Below are positions 13,790 to 27,145 of a DNA stretch of 64,000 nucleotides, piece after piece. The position numbers and the translations under genes are program-made. The stretch is from Albugo candida (Eukaryota). Position 1 is the first letter of the stretch, and every line of letters begins with the position of its first letter. The notes beneath the pieces were generated by a model. The model was not told the origin of the DNA and did no database searches. It saw only the letters and a program-made list of their open reading frames with translations. The stretch covers positions 248,001-312,000 of the forward strand of contig JBDOQK010000009.1 of NCBI GenBank assembly GCA_040437565.1, written 5' to 3'.

Positions 13790-14990
13790 TCAATCATTTT
13801 AGTTGCATCGCATCTCGGATCAGCACAATCTCCTCGCGTATCCGAGTGCAAAATTACGAGGTCCTCGTACAGAATAAGCTCATCGTCGGGAGGGTAGCAT
13901 CGAATAGTGGGCGAATATCATCCTTTTGTATTTCTGGTGGAAGTAAGGGCATACTCGAGTGAGAATGTTGTGCACTTTCGTTGAGCGAAATGATACTTCG
14001 CTACATTACTATCCAGTAATATTGATTGAACGATACTGAAATGCGAAATTTGGACCTCTTTGTATGCTGACTTTCCAAACAATAAGCTCTACTACCCTTC
14101 ATTCACGGCGGTCTGCATATGTGGATCCTCACTGATCGCTTGCGCTACTTTCGTTGCTGTCTTTGCGAACTTCTCGGTATTATAAGTCACTCTTGTCTTT
14201 CCTTTTAATTACAATGATGAAAGAGCTTCTAGCCTTCGTCGTCAGTTGCAAATTCCGTTTAAAGTAACAGCAAAATCCATGACACGGTACAATCGTGTAT
14301 ACACTCTCGACTACAGTATTTCTTTGCGAGGACTTCAAAGCTGTGATACGCAACGGCGGGGATAGCGATGGAAGAGGTTTGAATTTTGATAACAGCCTCA
14401 CATCTCTCTGAGGCTCCTGATAAAGTGTCTTTCACAGAATTGATTATGTGATTTCGATCACGGACGACCTTATGACCACAATCGTACATATGCTCATTCT
14501 GGTGACATGAGCACTTTCGAGTGGGATNNNNNNNNNNNNNNNNNNNNNNNNNNNNNNNNNNNNNNNNNNNNNNNNNNNNNNNNNNNNNNNNNNNNNNNNN
14601 NNNNNNNNNNNNNNNNNNNNNNNNNNNGGAAGAGGTTTGAATTTTGATAACAGCCTCACATCTCTCTGAGGCTCCTGATAAAGTGTCTTTCACAGAATTG
14701 ATTATGTGATTTCGATCACGGACGACCTTATGACCACAATCGTACATATGCTCATTCTGGTGACATGAGCACTTTCGAGTGGGATACTCCGTTATCACTC
14801 CTTGAAGGCAATTGGTGACTAAAGTCTTCAGCTTATGTCATTGTGACGAATGCCGCGCATTTTGCTCCTATTTTGAATCTCAATCGGTACGTCACCTCAT
14901 TCGTCATAGACAGAAGGCATCGAGAAATCTGCAGATATCTCATTCACTACTAATTGGTCGCTTCTTCTCAAACATCCGATTCCGCCGGCT
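13790..14990 (-). CDS. Possible multi-exon hypothetical gene, structure unresolved
   Basis: Open stretches (e.g. ITEYPTRKCSCHQNEHMYDCGHK...) separated by intron-like segments. No family recognised. The flank of gap 14528-14627 is duplicated. Confidence 0.25.
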
Positions 14991-15081
14991 TCTCTGCTCA
15001 TTAGAATAATGCAAAATCTCAGCATTATAGTTGTGCATTCGAGCGTTGTGTAGTGTCTATCATAATCAGTTGCCAATAGTC

Positions 15082-18000
15082 TCAGTAGGGACAGCTAACA
15101 CCAAATATCATGAAATGGAGCGATCCAACNNNNNNNNNNNNNNNNNNNNNNNNNNNNNNNNNNNNNNNNNNNNNNNNNNNNNNNNNNNNNNNNNNNNNNN
15201 NNNNNNNNNNNNNNNNNNNNNNNNNNNNNGCCATTTTGCATTTATAAAGTTCCGAGCTCGTATTGGTACAGACCATTGCTTTATTCTGCTCCGACACACT
15301 CAATCCTTCACACGTGACACATCCTTTTTCAATTTCAATCTTGGCTGGTGGAAATTGGATTTTTGGTTCACTCGTACTTGATCCTGTCGAACTTGTCAAG
15401 GTCGAGTAATCTATACGCCGTGGGGTATACAGACTATACATATGACCAGGACTATTGTGTCCATTCGTATAATTCCGCCGTTCCGCTTCTGTTAAAACGT
15501 CGACCTGATGTCGCCAAACGGCAACTTGCTGATTCAAATTTTCGACTTCTTCACAGTGCTCTTCTGCGAGTTTTTGCAAAAATTCTTCATGCTGTGACTT
15601 CATTCGCTGAATGGCTGAATCCCTTTCTCTCATAAATTTTTCCTCCAAAATATGTTGCAGCAACTCAATGGACTTGTTTGACTCATTCAACAATTTCGCT
15701 TCTTGATTTGCGATCTGCTCTAACGCTTGGGACCGAGCACGTTCAGCTAACATTTCATAATTGTGCTGCGAGTGTTTCAATTTTGTTTCGAGACACCGAC
15801 TTCGATCCTGTAATTCGTTGATCAAATTATCACGTTTTTGCACAAGTTTTTGTAATTCAATGCACTCTTCAGATGCAGCTGCAAGCTTCTTTTTCGATCT
15901 GTTCAATAAATTTCTCTCTGTGCATGCAGCTGCCTCTAATTTCCATACACGTTGTTCGATACTATCGCATTTGGCTCGGATGGCTGCATTCTCCAACATT
16001 GCTACTTGCAAACTGTTTGTCATGTCTCGATGAGCTTCTGATAGCAATGCCAACATAATTTCACTAGAGCATTCAGTCTCAACATTCTCTGTACAATCAA
16101 TAGGGCATTTATGGTCTATAAAGTGCAATCATTGATAAGGATTTCGTGAAAACGTATTTTAGCACTTACCTTGAAAGACTCGGAAGCATAGTGTTGTTGG
16201 TCGAGAGGCACCAATCAGCATTTCTGCGACTCGAGTGAATCGTTTTCCGAATGTGCTTTCACCATTGATCGATACGAGTACAGAACCTCTTTTCAAAGAC
16301 TGCTCACTAAATTAAAAAAAGGTAAGAAGATTGCTACGAATACAAACAAGTATGAAATACGCACTTTTCGACTTTTAGATCCACAGCATTTGCATTGAGG
16401 TTCTATTAAACAATTTTAAAAATTACAAAGATTTAGTGCCACATTTTAAGCGTACCTTGAGTGACCTTTGGAGTACAGCTGCCTCACTATCTCCAATGTG
16501 CCCAATACACAGACTCAGCTGATATCCACCAAAGGTTGTGCTCCAAACACCAATTCCACCAATTTCGACGCTTTTAACTCCAGTGAGCTTGCCAAGATTT
16601 GACAAAAGTTGTGGGTCTTGTTTGTCGTGTTCCTTATTTAGCGAATCGATTTGAGAACATTTCAGAGAAGAGGGAAGAAAAGTGTAAAATCCTGTTGTAA
16701 ATATATCGCCAAAAGCACCGTACGCGTCCCAAGACAAAGGCTTCATTTTCTTTCCTTTTGGAAAAAAAAAATTGCGTACTTTCGTACCTTTCATCCCAAT
16801 CAATTCTGTAAAAACTGAGCCAAGAATACTAAGTGCTGTTTGAGAACGAACGCTGTGATCTCGCCGGAGCTTATTTTGGTGGAGATATTGTTTGGCGATG
16901 TTTGATTGCCAATTTACATCATCTTGTACGTTTTTTTCATGCAGAACTTGAAGTCTATTTGTTGAGCCATACAGTTTGTAAACATTTTCGTGTTCTTCCA
17001 ACTGATGCAGAGAGCGGACAGGAACATAAACGAAGCGTAATTGTAACGGTAAATCAACCGACTGTATCTCATTGAGAATATGATCAAACTTTTGACGAAA
17101 CACATGTCTACCATTGATCAGAATTAACTGTGAACCAACGGGTACATGAGTTAGCTCTGAATCCATTAAAGAGTCTTCACAGAGAAAACCATAAACAATT
17201 GCTCCAATGTGATGACCTGTTTTCTCGCACTTTGACGCAGCAGCCAATCGAATACCAAGGCCACTCGACAGTATACACGATGATCGTACTTTGGAAGGAT
17301 ACATGGGACGCTTATATAGCTGAACGTTGATTTCTTTCGCTGATAACGCGAACGCTGGAAGACGAGGAGTATACGATGGAATCGGAATATTTGCACCAGA
17401 AAATAAAAACGAAGCTAATAAACACGCAAGAGAATGTATGGAAGACGAGCATGATGATTGTTTGATGTGATGATCCTCGCAACAAACAGAACATTCGCTG
17501 CCAAAGTGTTTCTCAGTCTGATAATGTCGCCTAATTTTTTCCACAACATCATCCAGCCACGTTCGCAGCTGCAGAAGACGATCCCCATTGCGGTTTTCTT
17601 TCAAACAATCAATATACCTTTTTGATAGCTTGGGTAGTATGATTTCAGACACAGATTCTACCGCGGCGATAAAGTCTTCAAAATGTCGATAACGCCGGTA
17701 GATTTTCCACCTATGAAAAGTAGCGTTATAATTTCGAGTCTATTGATATTACTATAAGATAATCACAACTTTTTTCCTTCCATTAGATTTGGACTCTTTA
17801 TTTCACATTCGAATACATGGCTGATACCACGTAGGTGAGGTTGGTGACGAGAGGTTTGAGACTTTCTTACATTGTTACGGCTTGTAAGGATTGATAGTAG
17901 CCAAGAGAAGAGATTCGGATTGATCTTGTACACACTAAATGCACAAGCTGTGGCCAGGTCTCGATTGTGCGAAAACTTGGATTCGGCTCATGAAGCTGTG

Positions 18001-18166
18001 GTCGCGGTAGATTCAAGCTTTCGACTATAGGGATAGCATAGTCGAATGTAGCGTTATTCATTCCAAAGTGTGATTTATGATTGCCTTACCTTTGCACTTT
18101 CTTTATTCTCAGATGCTTTTGTAGCTCCTTAAATAATTTCGAACGATTGCGATTCACAGTATCCAT
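15082..18166 (-). CDS. PX domain + two PDZ-like domains + coiled-coil protein, multi-exon
   Basis: PX-like WKIYRRYRHFEDF...LPKL...RLLQLRTWL. PDZ-like GLGIRL...VGSQLILING...LPLQLRF and a second LKRGSVLVSINGESTFGKRFTRVAEML...PTTLCF. Heptad-rich exon at 15082-16128. Start and 3' end are approximate because of gaps. Confidence 0.75.
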
Positions 18167-18441
18167 ACAATGCGGCAAAATCATCAGACAAACTTCCCAA
18201 TAACGGACTTCGAAATCTATTTTTTTATAATCCNNNNNNNNNNNNNNNNNNNNNNNNNNNNNNNNNNNNNNNNNNNNNNNNNNNNNNNNNNNNNNNNNNN
18301 NNNNNNNNNNNNNNNNNNNNNNNNNNNNNNNNNCATCAGACAAACTTCCCAATAACGGACTTCGAAATCTATTTTTTTATAATCCTTCGAAAACTAATAA
18401 AGAACACAGATACATAGAAACAATTCTCTGGTGTCAGTCAA

Positions 18442-19725
18442 ATGACACCGAATAACTTGCCTGGAACTGACAATTCCATAAGTTGTAGCACAAAATCGTT
18501 TCCAACATCAGCATCTACATCAAATCTCCCTCAGCCCATATTATCGCTGACGAGTTCGTCGAAAGTACGCACATTGTCTCGGTCTAAAACTTCGCAAGAG
18601 CGTACATCATGTTTGATTATTTACACAGGCGGTACATTTGGAATGGTACCTGATGCGCATGGAGTCCTTCATCCTTCAAGTGGATTTCTTGAAAAAAAGA
18701 TAAAAGAAATGGATGAATTTCAATTCGACAACATGCCTGTGGTCACCGTCAGTGAGTGGGCCGACCCTATCGATTCCTCCGACATGACACCAAACGATTG
18801 GGGATGTATTGCTCGGGAAATTGAGAAAAACTACTGGGACTATGACGGTTTTGTTGTATTACAAGGTACGGACACAATGGCATACACAGCAGCAGCATTG
18901 TCCTTCATGTTAGAATATCTCGGAAAAGCTGTTGTAATATCAGGAGCAATGATTCCTCTACATTACCCACACAGTGATGCACGACGTAATCTTATTATGT
19001 CCGTCATGTGCGCTTCGAATCTTGCCATTCCTGAAGTTTGTATTTATTCAAATGATAAGCTTTTGCGTGGTAATCGTACTACAAAAATAGCCAACATGGC
19101 AGTTGACGCTTTTCAATCACCAAATTTCTATCCACTTGCGTCCACCGGTGTCGAAACAACAGTAGATCGGAGTCTAATTCGTCCGTATCCGCGTCGACGT
19201 TTCAGCATATTCACAGACTTGTCGACAAATATCTGTGTGTTTCATCTCGTACCCGGCTTTGACGATGAATGCATCGAAGCGTATATCCAGCCTCGTCTTT
19301 CTTGCCAAGGTTCGACACAAAAAGCCAGCGAAAAGGCAATAGTGTTTGCTTTATACGGCACTGGGAATGCTCCACGCCGTAAAGATGGATTTTTAAGCCG
19401 CGTACAGAAAGCCATCGAATATAATATTCCCATAGTAGTGACCTCTCAATGTATACAAGGGCGTACACAGCTAAATACGTATGCTACAGGCATTCGTTTG
19501 CTCAATTTGGGAGTCATCACGTCACTAGATATGACCATCGAGGCCACCGTAACGAAACTAGCTTATCTAATGGGCAAAGGTCTAAAAGGAAGCCATCTAA
19601 AGAGGAAAATGGAATCGGATCTCCGTGGTGAATTATCAGTTGAAGACTCATTTTGCACTGGCGAAGAGATGCGACATCAACATTTACATCGAAAGACAAT
19701 TATCAGAGATTTTGTCACGCAATGA
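18442..19725 (+). CDS. L-asparaginase type I (cytoplasmic, AnsA-like) without ankyrin repeats
   Basis: Motifs IIYTGGTFGM, DSSDM, GFVVLQGTDTMAY, LLRGNRTTK, YGTGNAP, DMTIEATVTKL and LRGEL. Confidence 0.95.
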   Translation: MTPNNLPGTDNSISCSTKSFPTSASTSNLPQPILSLTSSSKVRTLSRSKTSQERTSCLIIYTGGTFGMVPDAHGVLHPSSGFLEKKIKEMDEFQFDNMPVVTVSEWADPIDSSDMTPNDWGCIAREIEKNYWDYDGFVVLQGTDTMAYTAAALSFMLEYLGKAVVISGAMIPLHYPHSDARRNLIMSVMCASNLAIPEVCIYSNDKLLRGNRTTKIANMAVDAFQSPNFYPLASTGVETTVDRSLIRPYPRRRFSIFTDLSTNICVFHLVPGFDDECIEAYIQPRLSCQGSTQKASEKAIVFALYGTGNAPRRKDGFLSRVQKAIEYNIPIVVTSQCIQGRTQLNTYATGIRLLNLGVITSLDMTIEATVTKLAYLMGKGLKGSHLKRKMESDLRGELSVEDSFCTGEEMRHQHLHRKTIIRDFVTQ

Positions 19726-20720
19726 AAGTTATGGAGAAGTGCAAAGCATGGGCATCAGATATGATTTCTATGTGGAGCCCTATTCGATTAAGAGATGTAG
19801 CTGTCTTCATAAGCAGATCATAACCGCATCGTATCGAGATGTAAACTTGAATTTTAGAGCAAATCTGTATATAGTCACACAGCGACATGCTGCTCTTATT
19901 CCTTTGTAAATTATCGCAAGCTGGCTTTTGGTACCGCAGGAGAAACTATAGCATGATTTTTTGTATTTTGTGTCGTAATTGCTTGTATTGGAGCGATGGT
20001 TGGCTGAATTTATTACTTAAGATCGCAATCTGCTGCTGAAACAGTTACAAAAGTGTTGAGTTGAACACGTCTCTAGGGTATTTCGGTATCTCAAAGATTG
20101 TACAAATGAGAAGCTCCTTTATACGTGACCAAGCAGGATTTTGATCTTTTATCTGAAATGATCCCTAAAGAAAATTGAAGCTTTGCTACATGCCTTCGTG
20201 CTGTGCCGAAAGGTATCAGTGTCGCTAAACTACTTCATATTGCTGCAATTGTTTCCAATGTCATGGCTGTAGCTTTGCTGTGCACACATGTTTAGCTACA
20301 AGCCTTTTAGAATAGAATCGAGCAGATGTGGATATGAATCGCACAACAAGTGAGAAACCGCCTCAAAGGTCAGTACTATAGCTTCATTGATACGACATCG
20401 ACTGTATCGTCCACAAGCATCACAGCGAATAATATATCGCAAGGCAATACAAAAGCTGCTTTATTTTATACGACTCCAATAAAATACTATAAATTAGAAT
20501 ACGATGGCAGCATAATCTACAGTCATAAATCTTATAGTAAACTCGGTGTCTCACACATTGATTGAAGCTGTACGGTGACTTAAATGTGTGCGTGACTACA
20601 GCTATCATATTTCAATGTTTTAGCCCCAAAGAAACTGAGATTGCATGCACGTGCTATATCTTGACTCCAGCTTCAGTAATAGCATGTATCATCTCTGTCA
20701 GTCGAACGATTCAACTCACT

Positions 20721-22394
20721 CTACGCAAGCTTTCGAGTCGCATTCTCAGCGATAACTTGCTTCGCCACGGATGCCCACGCTTCTGAATGGGAATAACGGT
20801 AGTGAAGCGCATAGCTGAAGCCTCGAAGCAATAATGAAGCACGAAAGGCCATAATGTACTCATCCGGAACCTGAACAATTTGATCAATTCTAAGCAAAAC
20901 AGCGATATCAGCATCCATAATAATTAGGCGAGATAATAAGTCTTACGAATCTAAATACTCCACAAAACTCTGCACGTTCATGCCTTCCGTGACAGTTAAG
21001 TCGTCTCGATCAAACATCAGTCGGGCTTGTTTCTCAAGAAAATAAGAGTTCATTTTAGCGGATCGCACACCCATTTCGACCGTCAACGCATGCACAATAT
21101 CTTCTCTGCTGCCTTCAGCCAATGCCACTGTGAGTTTTGCCAGCTTGATTCGGTGCTCCAAGCTGATTCGCTTGACTTGGCCGTAATCAATCAGTCCGAT
21201 GCGACCGTCTTCCAGTAACAAAATGTTTCCCGGATGTGGGTCTCCGTTGAAGCAGCCATCCACGAATATTTCGTAACCATGTACATCCATTAACAGCTTC
21301 AGAATACTTGGTACGTTCAACAACTTCTTATTGAGTTCTTTATCGCAATCGATTTCCAGGGGTTTCGACACCAGATTACCGGGCATGCAATTCAGTAATT
21401 GCAGGTAACGTAATCGGATCCATCGCTTCACAGCTAATGCCTTCAATTCAAATTGTGTGGGTCCTAAAGTGATGTCCAAGCCCATTGCGAGTCTTTCTTC
21501 ATCCATCTTCTGTTGTTTCGTTCGTAACTCTTCAAGGCTCATACCTCTTTCTTTTGCGATGCATTCCAAATGTTCCTGAATGCCAACCAGAAGTTTCTTC
21601 CCTCGTAAATACTCCATGACAAGCACTTCTTTCGTGCAAAACTCAATCTTGGGTGTCGGGACAGCAACGCGTGAAGCAAAAGGGCTTTTTTTCAAGTTAT
21701 CCCTCACCATTTCTAAATTTAAGGCTTCCTCGTGGTAATTAAATTCTGTCATAAATTGCTTCTCTACTTCTTCCAAATATGGCAAATGTGCCGGTTGAAA
21801 ATACCGGCAGAATGCTTTTATGGTTTTCATGTCGGAACGAAAAAAATGTTCAGCATCAGGATGCTGTACTTTCACAGCTACTTCCTCCCCAGAGTCTTTC
21901 AAAATTGCGCGATGAGCTTGACCGATTGAAGCCGCACCTAATGGTTTTGGATCAATAGAAGTGAAGATATTGTCCCAAGACGTTTGGAGAGATTGACTGA
22001 TTATATATTTGATCTCACTGACCGGTTTTGATGGTGCTTCATCCTGCAGCTTTACGGCTCGAGTTAGATACTGTGATGGTAGAAAATCGGCTCGTGTAGA
22101 GCCCGCTTGTGCTAATTTGATGTAGAAACCCTTGAGAGAGAGAACGATATCAAACACGTGAGAAGCGTGCTTCTCGTGCAATCTTTCATATATCTGTTTT
22201 TGTTTGTCGACCGGAAGTGCTATTTTCTCCATAAGAAGTTGATACACTCGATAATGAGCATAAATTGGGAAGGCATGACGCCAAAAGTATACGGATCTCT
22301 TCATCCCTTCATCTTGATAGCTGTACAATCCTGCACAAGAGCAGCCTATCATGCTGAGTCCAGCAAGCTTACGAACATGATGTCTAAATTCCAT
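20721..22394 (-). CDS. ABC1/ADCK (UbiB-family) atypical kinase, 2 exons
   Basis: Motifs GFYIKLAQ, LQDEAP, PLGAASIGQAHRA, VAVKVQHP, DPHPGN and LIDYGQ. Intron at ~20893-20946. Confidence 0.93.
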
Positions 22395-23550
22395 AGGGTT
22401 TATTGTGGGGAATTATTTGCAAGGGTCTTGTACCATATCGTTCAGCTACTCGTTGAAATTCATCGAACATAATTAGTGGAAATCGATTAGAAAGCGGCAG
22501 CATGTTATTTGTTAATCCAAATAATCATCGATTCTCAGGTCTATTCGATATTCTGCGACATAAGAACGATCAAGGGAAAAAGANNNNNNNNNNNNNNNNN
22601 NNNNNNNNNNNNNNNNNNNNNNNNNNNNNNNNNNNNNNNNNNNNNNNNNNNNNNNNNNNNNNNNNNNNNNNNNNNNNNNNNNNCGAACATAATTAGTGGA
22701 AATCGATTAGAAAGCGGCAGCATGTTATTTGTTAATCCAAATAATCATCGATTCTCAGGTCTATTCGATATTCTGCGACATAAGAACGATCAAGGGAAAA
22801 AGAGCGAATGTAGAGGAATAACAAGGATGATTGTATGTCGGGTCTGAGATCTATTTGAAGGACTGATTATGAGAAGTAAATGCAAGGAAGAGCAGTCGAC
22901 ATAGAATGCTCTCTCGCTGAAGTCAATAAGATATATCGGGTGTCATTCGAAGCGTCAGGAGCCGTCACGGCTTTAGACTGGTTCTTTTCTGTTTCACTAG
23001 CCTTTTCATTCTTGATTAGATCGGAGTCATCATTGGGCTTTCTACGGCATTGCTGGCAGATAACTTATTTATCGACGGGTTTGCGGGTGCGACGGATTTG
23101 CGCAATATAACGAATTGCACAGATAGCAGTATCGTTACGTGTAGCGTGTCAAAGTCGCTGGTAAAGAATGAGAATGTGGTTCCACTTTAGCGCCCCTGAC
23201 ACAGACAAAAATCAACTTCTTGATAGCGGCCGCTCAAGACCATTAGGTTTTGTAGAGATTGCATAGTCCGACGCACGCATTTTATCGTCAACGAAATATC
23301 TCAATACAGTCCGTAAGTTGTACTTTCGGCTTGATGCATGTGACCTGTAGAAAATATCGTTTATCCAATCAATCCTACAGCAAACATGTAATGCGCATTG
23401 CTCAAGGATACTGTCGTCGCTTATCTACTCGCATATATATATCCAATTCCATATATTTCTTATGCATGTTGATCTCGGACTTCCATTGCCGTGAGGTTTT
23501 CACTGTTCGATAGGTCCACGTTGTGGCATACAGTACATTTCAGCTCTGCA

Positions 23551-23862
23551 ATGAGTGGACACAGTAGTCCTGGTCATATATATAGTATGTATACCCCGCG
23601 GCGTNNNNNNNNNNNNNNNNNNNNNNNNNNNNNNNNNNNNNNNNNNNNNNNNNNNNNNNNNNNNNNNNNNNNNNNNNNNNNNNNNNNNNNNNNNNNNNNN
23701 NNNNTCATACTGTGAGACATACAGACGAGCTCAAATCTCTCATATAATGTATCAAAGGTATCCGTGTTGGATCGCTCCATTTCATGATATTTGGTGTTAG
23801 CTGTCCCTACTGAGACTATTGGCAACTGATTATGATAGACACTGCTAAACGCTCGCATTGTG
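23551..23862 (+). repeat. Diverged inverted copy of the 3' end of the PX-PDZ gene (partner ~15032-15471)
   Basis: 23551-23604 matches the reverse complement of ~15415-15468 with several substitutions. 23766-~23843 is near-identical to the reverse complement of ~15052-15129. Confidence 0.9.
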
Positions 23863-23876
23863 CAAAGGTTTTGTAA

Positions 23877-26508
23877 TCACAAAGATGCTTTCTGGAACAG
23901 CGGCTTCTGATACAAAGGATATCCTTCGTGGATGGAAGTTTTATTGAGTGGTTCTTCAGCAGCGCGATCGACTAGGGCGCGATAAATATCGCCATCGTAC
24001 CTCCCAATGGTCGACTTCAGCTCTAAATCCATAAAATCCCACGCGTCTGTAAGAAGAACAGCATTTTTTCGAACTTTTGAAAGAAGTTGGAGGATCATTT
24101 CTCGCACGAAATCGCTCTGTTGTGACGACATGTAATCCAAATCGCGAAAATCAGCCAAATTTTCTTCCACAATGTTTAATAGAATTAGCACAACCGAATG
24201 AAATAGTGCTTCTTTTGTATCCACGTGATGAGCTGGAAACTTGTCAATTGCCGAGATGGATGCACGTAGTATCATCAGCTCGGAATGAGCTTTGGACACT
24301 CGCATCGTAAGTGTCATAGTTGCATTACTGTCGCCTCCGGTCGATTTGTAAGCAGACGCGAATCGCACGATCAATCGGGTCGCACGAATGGCAAACATCT
24401 CAAACAACAGCTCGAAATCAATCAAATCGATCGGTGATTTGGCTTTGCATCGTATTGCTGGATCGATGCGACTTTTCCATTGAGATAGAAAATTGATACT
24501 TTGCATCGCTGATGGTCTCTGATGTTCAACGTCGTTGGGCGTATCATACGCCTCAAAGCTCAGTCGTAGAAATCGGGCGTGTTGTTGCGCAAGTATATCA
24601 AATGTTCCTTCATACGTGCAACTACCCACAATCTCATTGTAAATGTGAGCCAAGTTACTGGAATGGAGAAAGCCCAAGCCACCGCACATTCGACGACAGG
24701 TTTCAACGCCATTACTGCACTGTTCTGCAAACCATCCTTTCAATCCTGAAGAAAGTGCGTGTAGTTCTGCCAAATTGATGTCAAAGTGATTGTCCTCAAG
24801 TCCAATTTCTTGAGTGAGAATCGGATGACTTTTAACCATTTTTTCGGCGAAAAGAGCCACAAACGCCAAACCAATAAGTGGGAATAAGTTTTTTTGCTGA
24901 TTTTGGTATTCAATCACTTGCAACTCTGAGCTTTGGCCTGAGCTTTTATTGAGGCTCCCTTGCACTCGGACGGCACTAAATCGCGTCGCAATCGTTGTCG
25001 CTTTCGCAATTGCGTGTCTACACCTGTATAAACATTGTACGCGTCCGCGCAACATTGTGAAATAAACCAGTCGAGTACTCCTAGATTTTTGGAAACTTCC
25101 GTCCGTGTTGACTTGAGCGAATCGCATAAGCATGTGATTCCTTGGGATTCGAACATGATCAAAAGTACAAAAGCCGTTATCGACAGCCTGAAATCCGACT
25201 TTGGGTCCGATGTCACCCAATTCAATGCCCTTTAGTGGCAAATGGTCTCGAAGCGAACGTAACGGAACAATGAAAGCGTGTACCCCAACATCTGTTGTAC
25301 CATTATCCAGTAATAATCGAGCGTATACAACTGCAACATTTGCTGTCTTTCCGAGTCCTCCAGGCCACCATTTCCGGCTTGTGAAGGTGGGGGAATTGAT
25401 AATGAATTCTTGTCGATGGATGTCGTACTGCGCTGTGGTCTCAATTCCTTGCACATTGGACCCGTGCCCGAGTTCCGTTTGAGCATATGTACCAAAAATA
25501 CGGTACTCGCGAGCCGGAACGAGCCATTTCTTTTGTTGTTCTGGTGTCCCGTGAAGCTCAATGGTGGGAATAAACAGGTTATTATGTACCGTGATTGGAA
25601 GCATTTCTTGTAGACTATCGATTACAATCGCTTGCTCGCTACGAGACTCGATACGATGTTGTCTGAAGAATTGTATCAAATGAAAAGATTGTTTTAGCGC
25701 GAAAGCGAATCGTTCCGAATGATTACGGTACATTGTTCTATCATCGGATAACACAGGATTGAGAGCAGCAAGGTTCAACAACTCTTTGCGTCGATGATTC
25801 GCCTCTAAACTACCNNNNNNNNNNNNNNNNNNNNNNNNNNNNNNNNNNNNNNNNNNNNNNNNNNNNNNNNNNNNNNNNNNNNNNNNNNNNNNNNNNNNNN
25901 NNNNNNNNNNNNNNAGCGTATACAACTGCAACATTTGCTGTCTTTCCGAGTCCTCCAGGCCACCATTTCCGGCTTGTGAAGGTGGGGGAATTGATAATGA
26001 ATTCTTGTCGATGGATGTCGTACTGCGCTGTGGTCTCAATTCCTTGCACATTGGACCCGTGCCCGAGTTCCGTTTGAGCATATGTACCAAAAATACGGTA
26101 CTCGCGAGCCGGAACGAGCCATTTCTTTTGTTGTTCTGGTGTCCCGTGAAGCTCAATGGTGGGAATAAACAGGTTATTATGTACCGTGATTGGAAGCATT
26201 TCTTGTAGACTATCGATTACAATCGCTTGCTCGCTACGAGACTCGATACGATGTTGTCTGAAGAATTGTATCAAATGAAAAGATTGTTTTAGCGCGAAAG
26301 CGAATCGTTCCGAATGATTACGGTACATTGTTCTATCATCGGATAACACAGGATTGAGAGCAGCAAGGTTCAACAACTCTTTGCGTCGATGATTCGCCTC
26401 TAAACTACCATGTAAATACGAGATCAGCAGTTTTACATCAATATCGCCATTGATACGCTCTTTGCTCAAGAGCTTTGGGGCTAAATCTCGCAGTTGTGTG
26501 TCGGTCAT
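23877..26508 (-). CDS. ACOX1: Peroxisomal acyl-CoA oxidase
   Basis: Motifs GTYAQTELGHGSNVQGIETTA, KWWPGGLG, GDIGPK, CRRMCGG and CTYEG (catalytic Glu). C-terminal ASL is PTS1-like. 25320-25814 is duplicated at 25915-26409 across a gap (artefact). Confidence 0.95.
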
Positions 26509-26656
26509 GACAAAAGCGTTATGCTAGTAGTTTGATTGCAACTTGATCGGATCAGAAAAAGGTGATAGAATGGCGTCCCAGCCAATACTTAATGCCATCT
26601 GATCTAAATGGGTGACTGCTTTAAGTACCTAGGATAGAGTATTCCACACAAGTAAA

Positions 26657-27057
26657 ATGGAAAATAAAGATCGAGCGCAGCCGGCGAATTCGAAAACGCA
26701 GCTCACACTGGAGGAAAAGTTATGGTTTCAACGCCGTCGTCAGGATCTGCAGCAATTCTCCACTGTTGGAGGTGCTGTCGGCGCGGTGTTGGGCACCGCA
26801 ATCACAATATTAGGGCCGTTTAAGCGTAGAGTACAAATTGCTACAATTTTGGGTACTACGATAATTGGTGCGGGATCCGGTTATTTATTTGCGGACACGA
26901 AAGCATTCGATCGAATCACAGATCTGAGTGCGCAGAGTCAATTGCGTAAGCAGTACAATCAGCTGTACGTACTCACATCTCGCTTTTCGCAGATTTGCGC
27001 ATAATACAAATACGTCATTGTAGAATTATGGAAAAATCCGCATCGAAAAAAAGCTAG
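26657..27057 (+). CDS. Small two-TM membrane protein, 2 exons, weakly OCIA-like
   Basis: Two Gly-rich hydrophobic segments (VGGAVGAVLGTAITIL; IATILGTTIIGAGSGYLF). Intron at ~26966-27023. The family assignment is weak. Confidence 0.6.
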
Positions 27058-27145
27058 CAACGCAACTCTTTTTTGAATTGTAAACAAATCTTTTTCAGTT
27101 AGTTTCCTTTCCTTTCCAAGTTGCACTTACTGTCTGCGCCACTCT

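Noticed and set aside
25320-26409. Apparent tandem or internal duplication of acyl-CoA oxidase
   Set aside because: An exact duplicate flanking gap 25815-25914; merging the two gives one intact gene.
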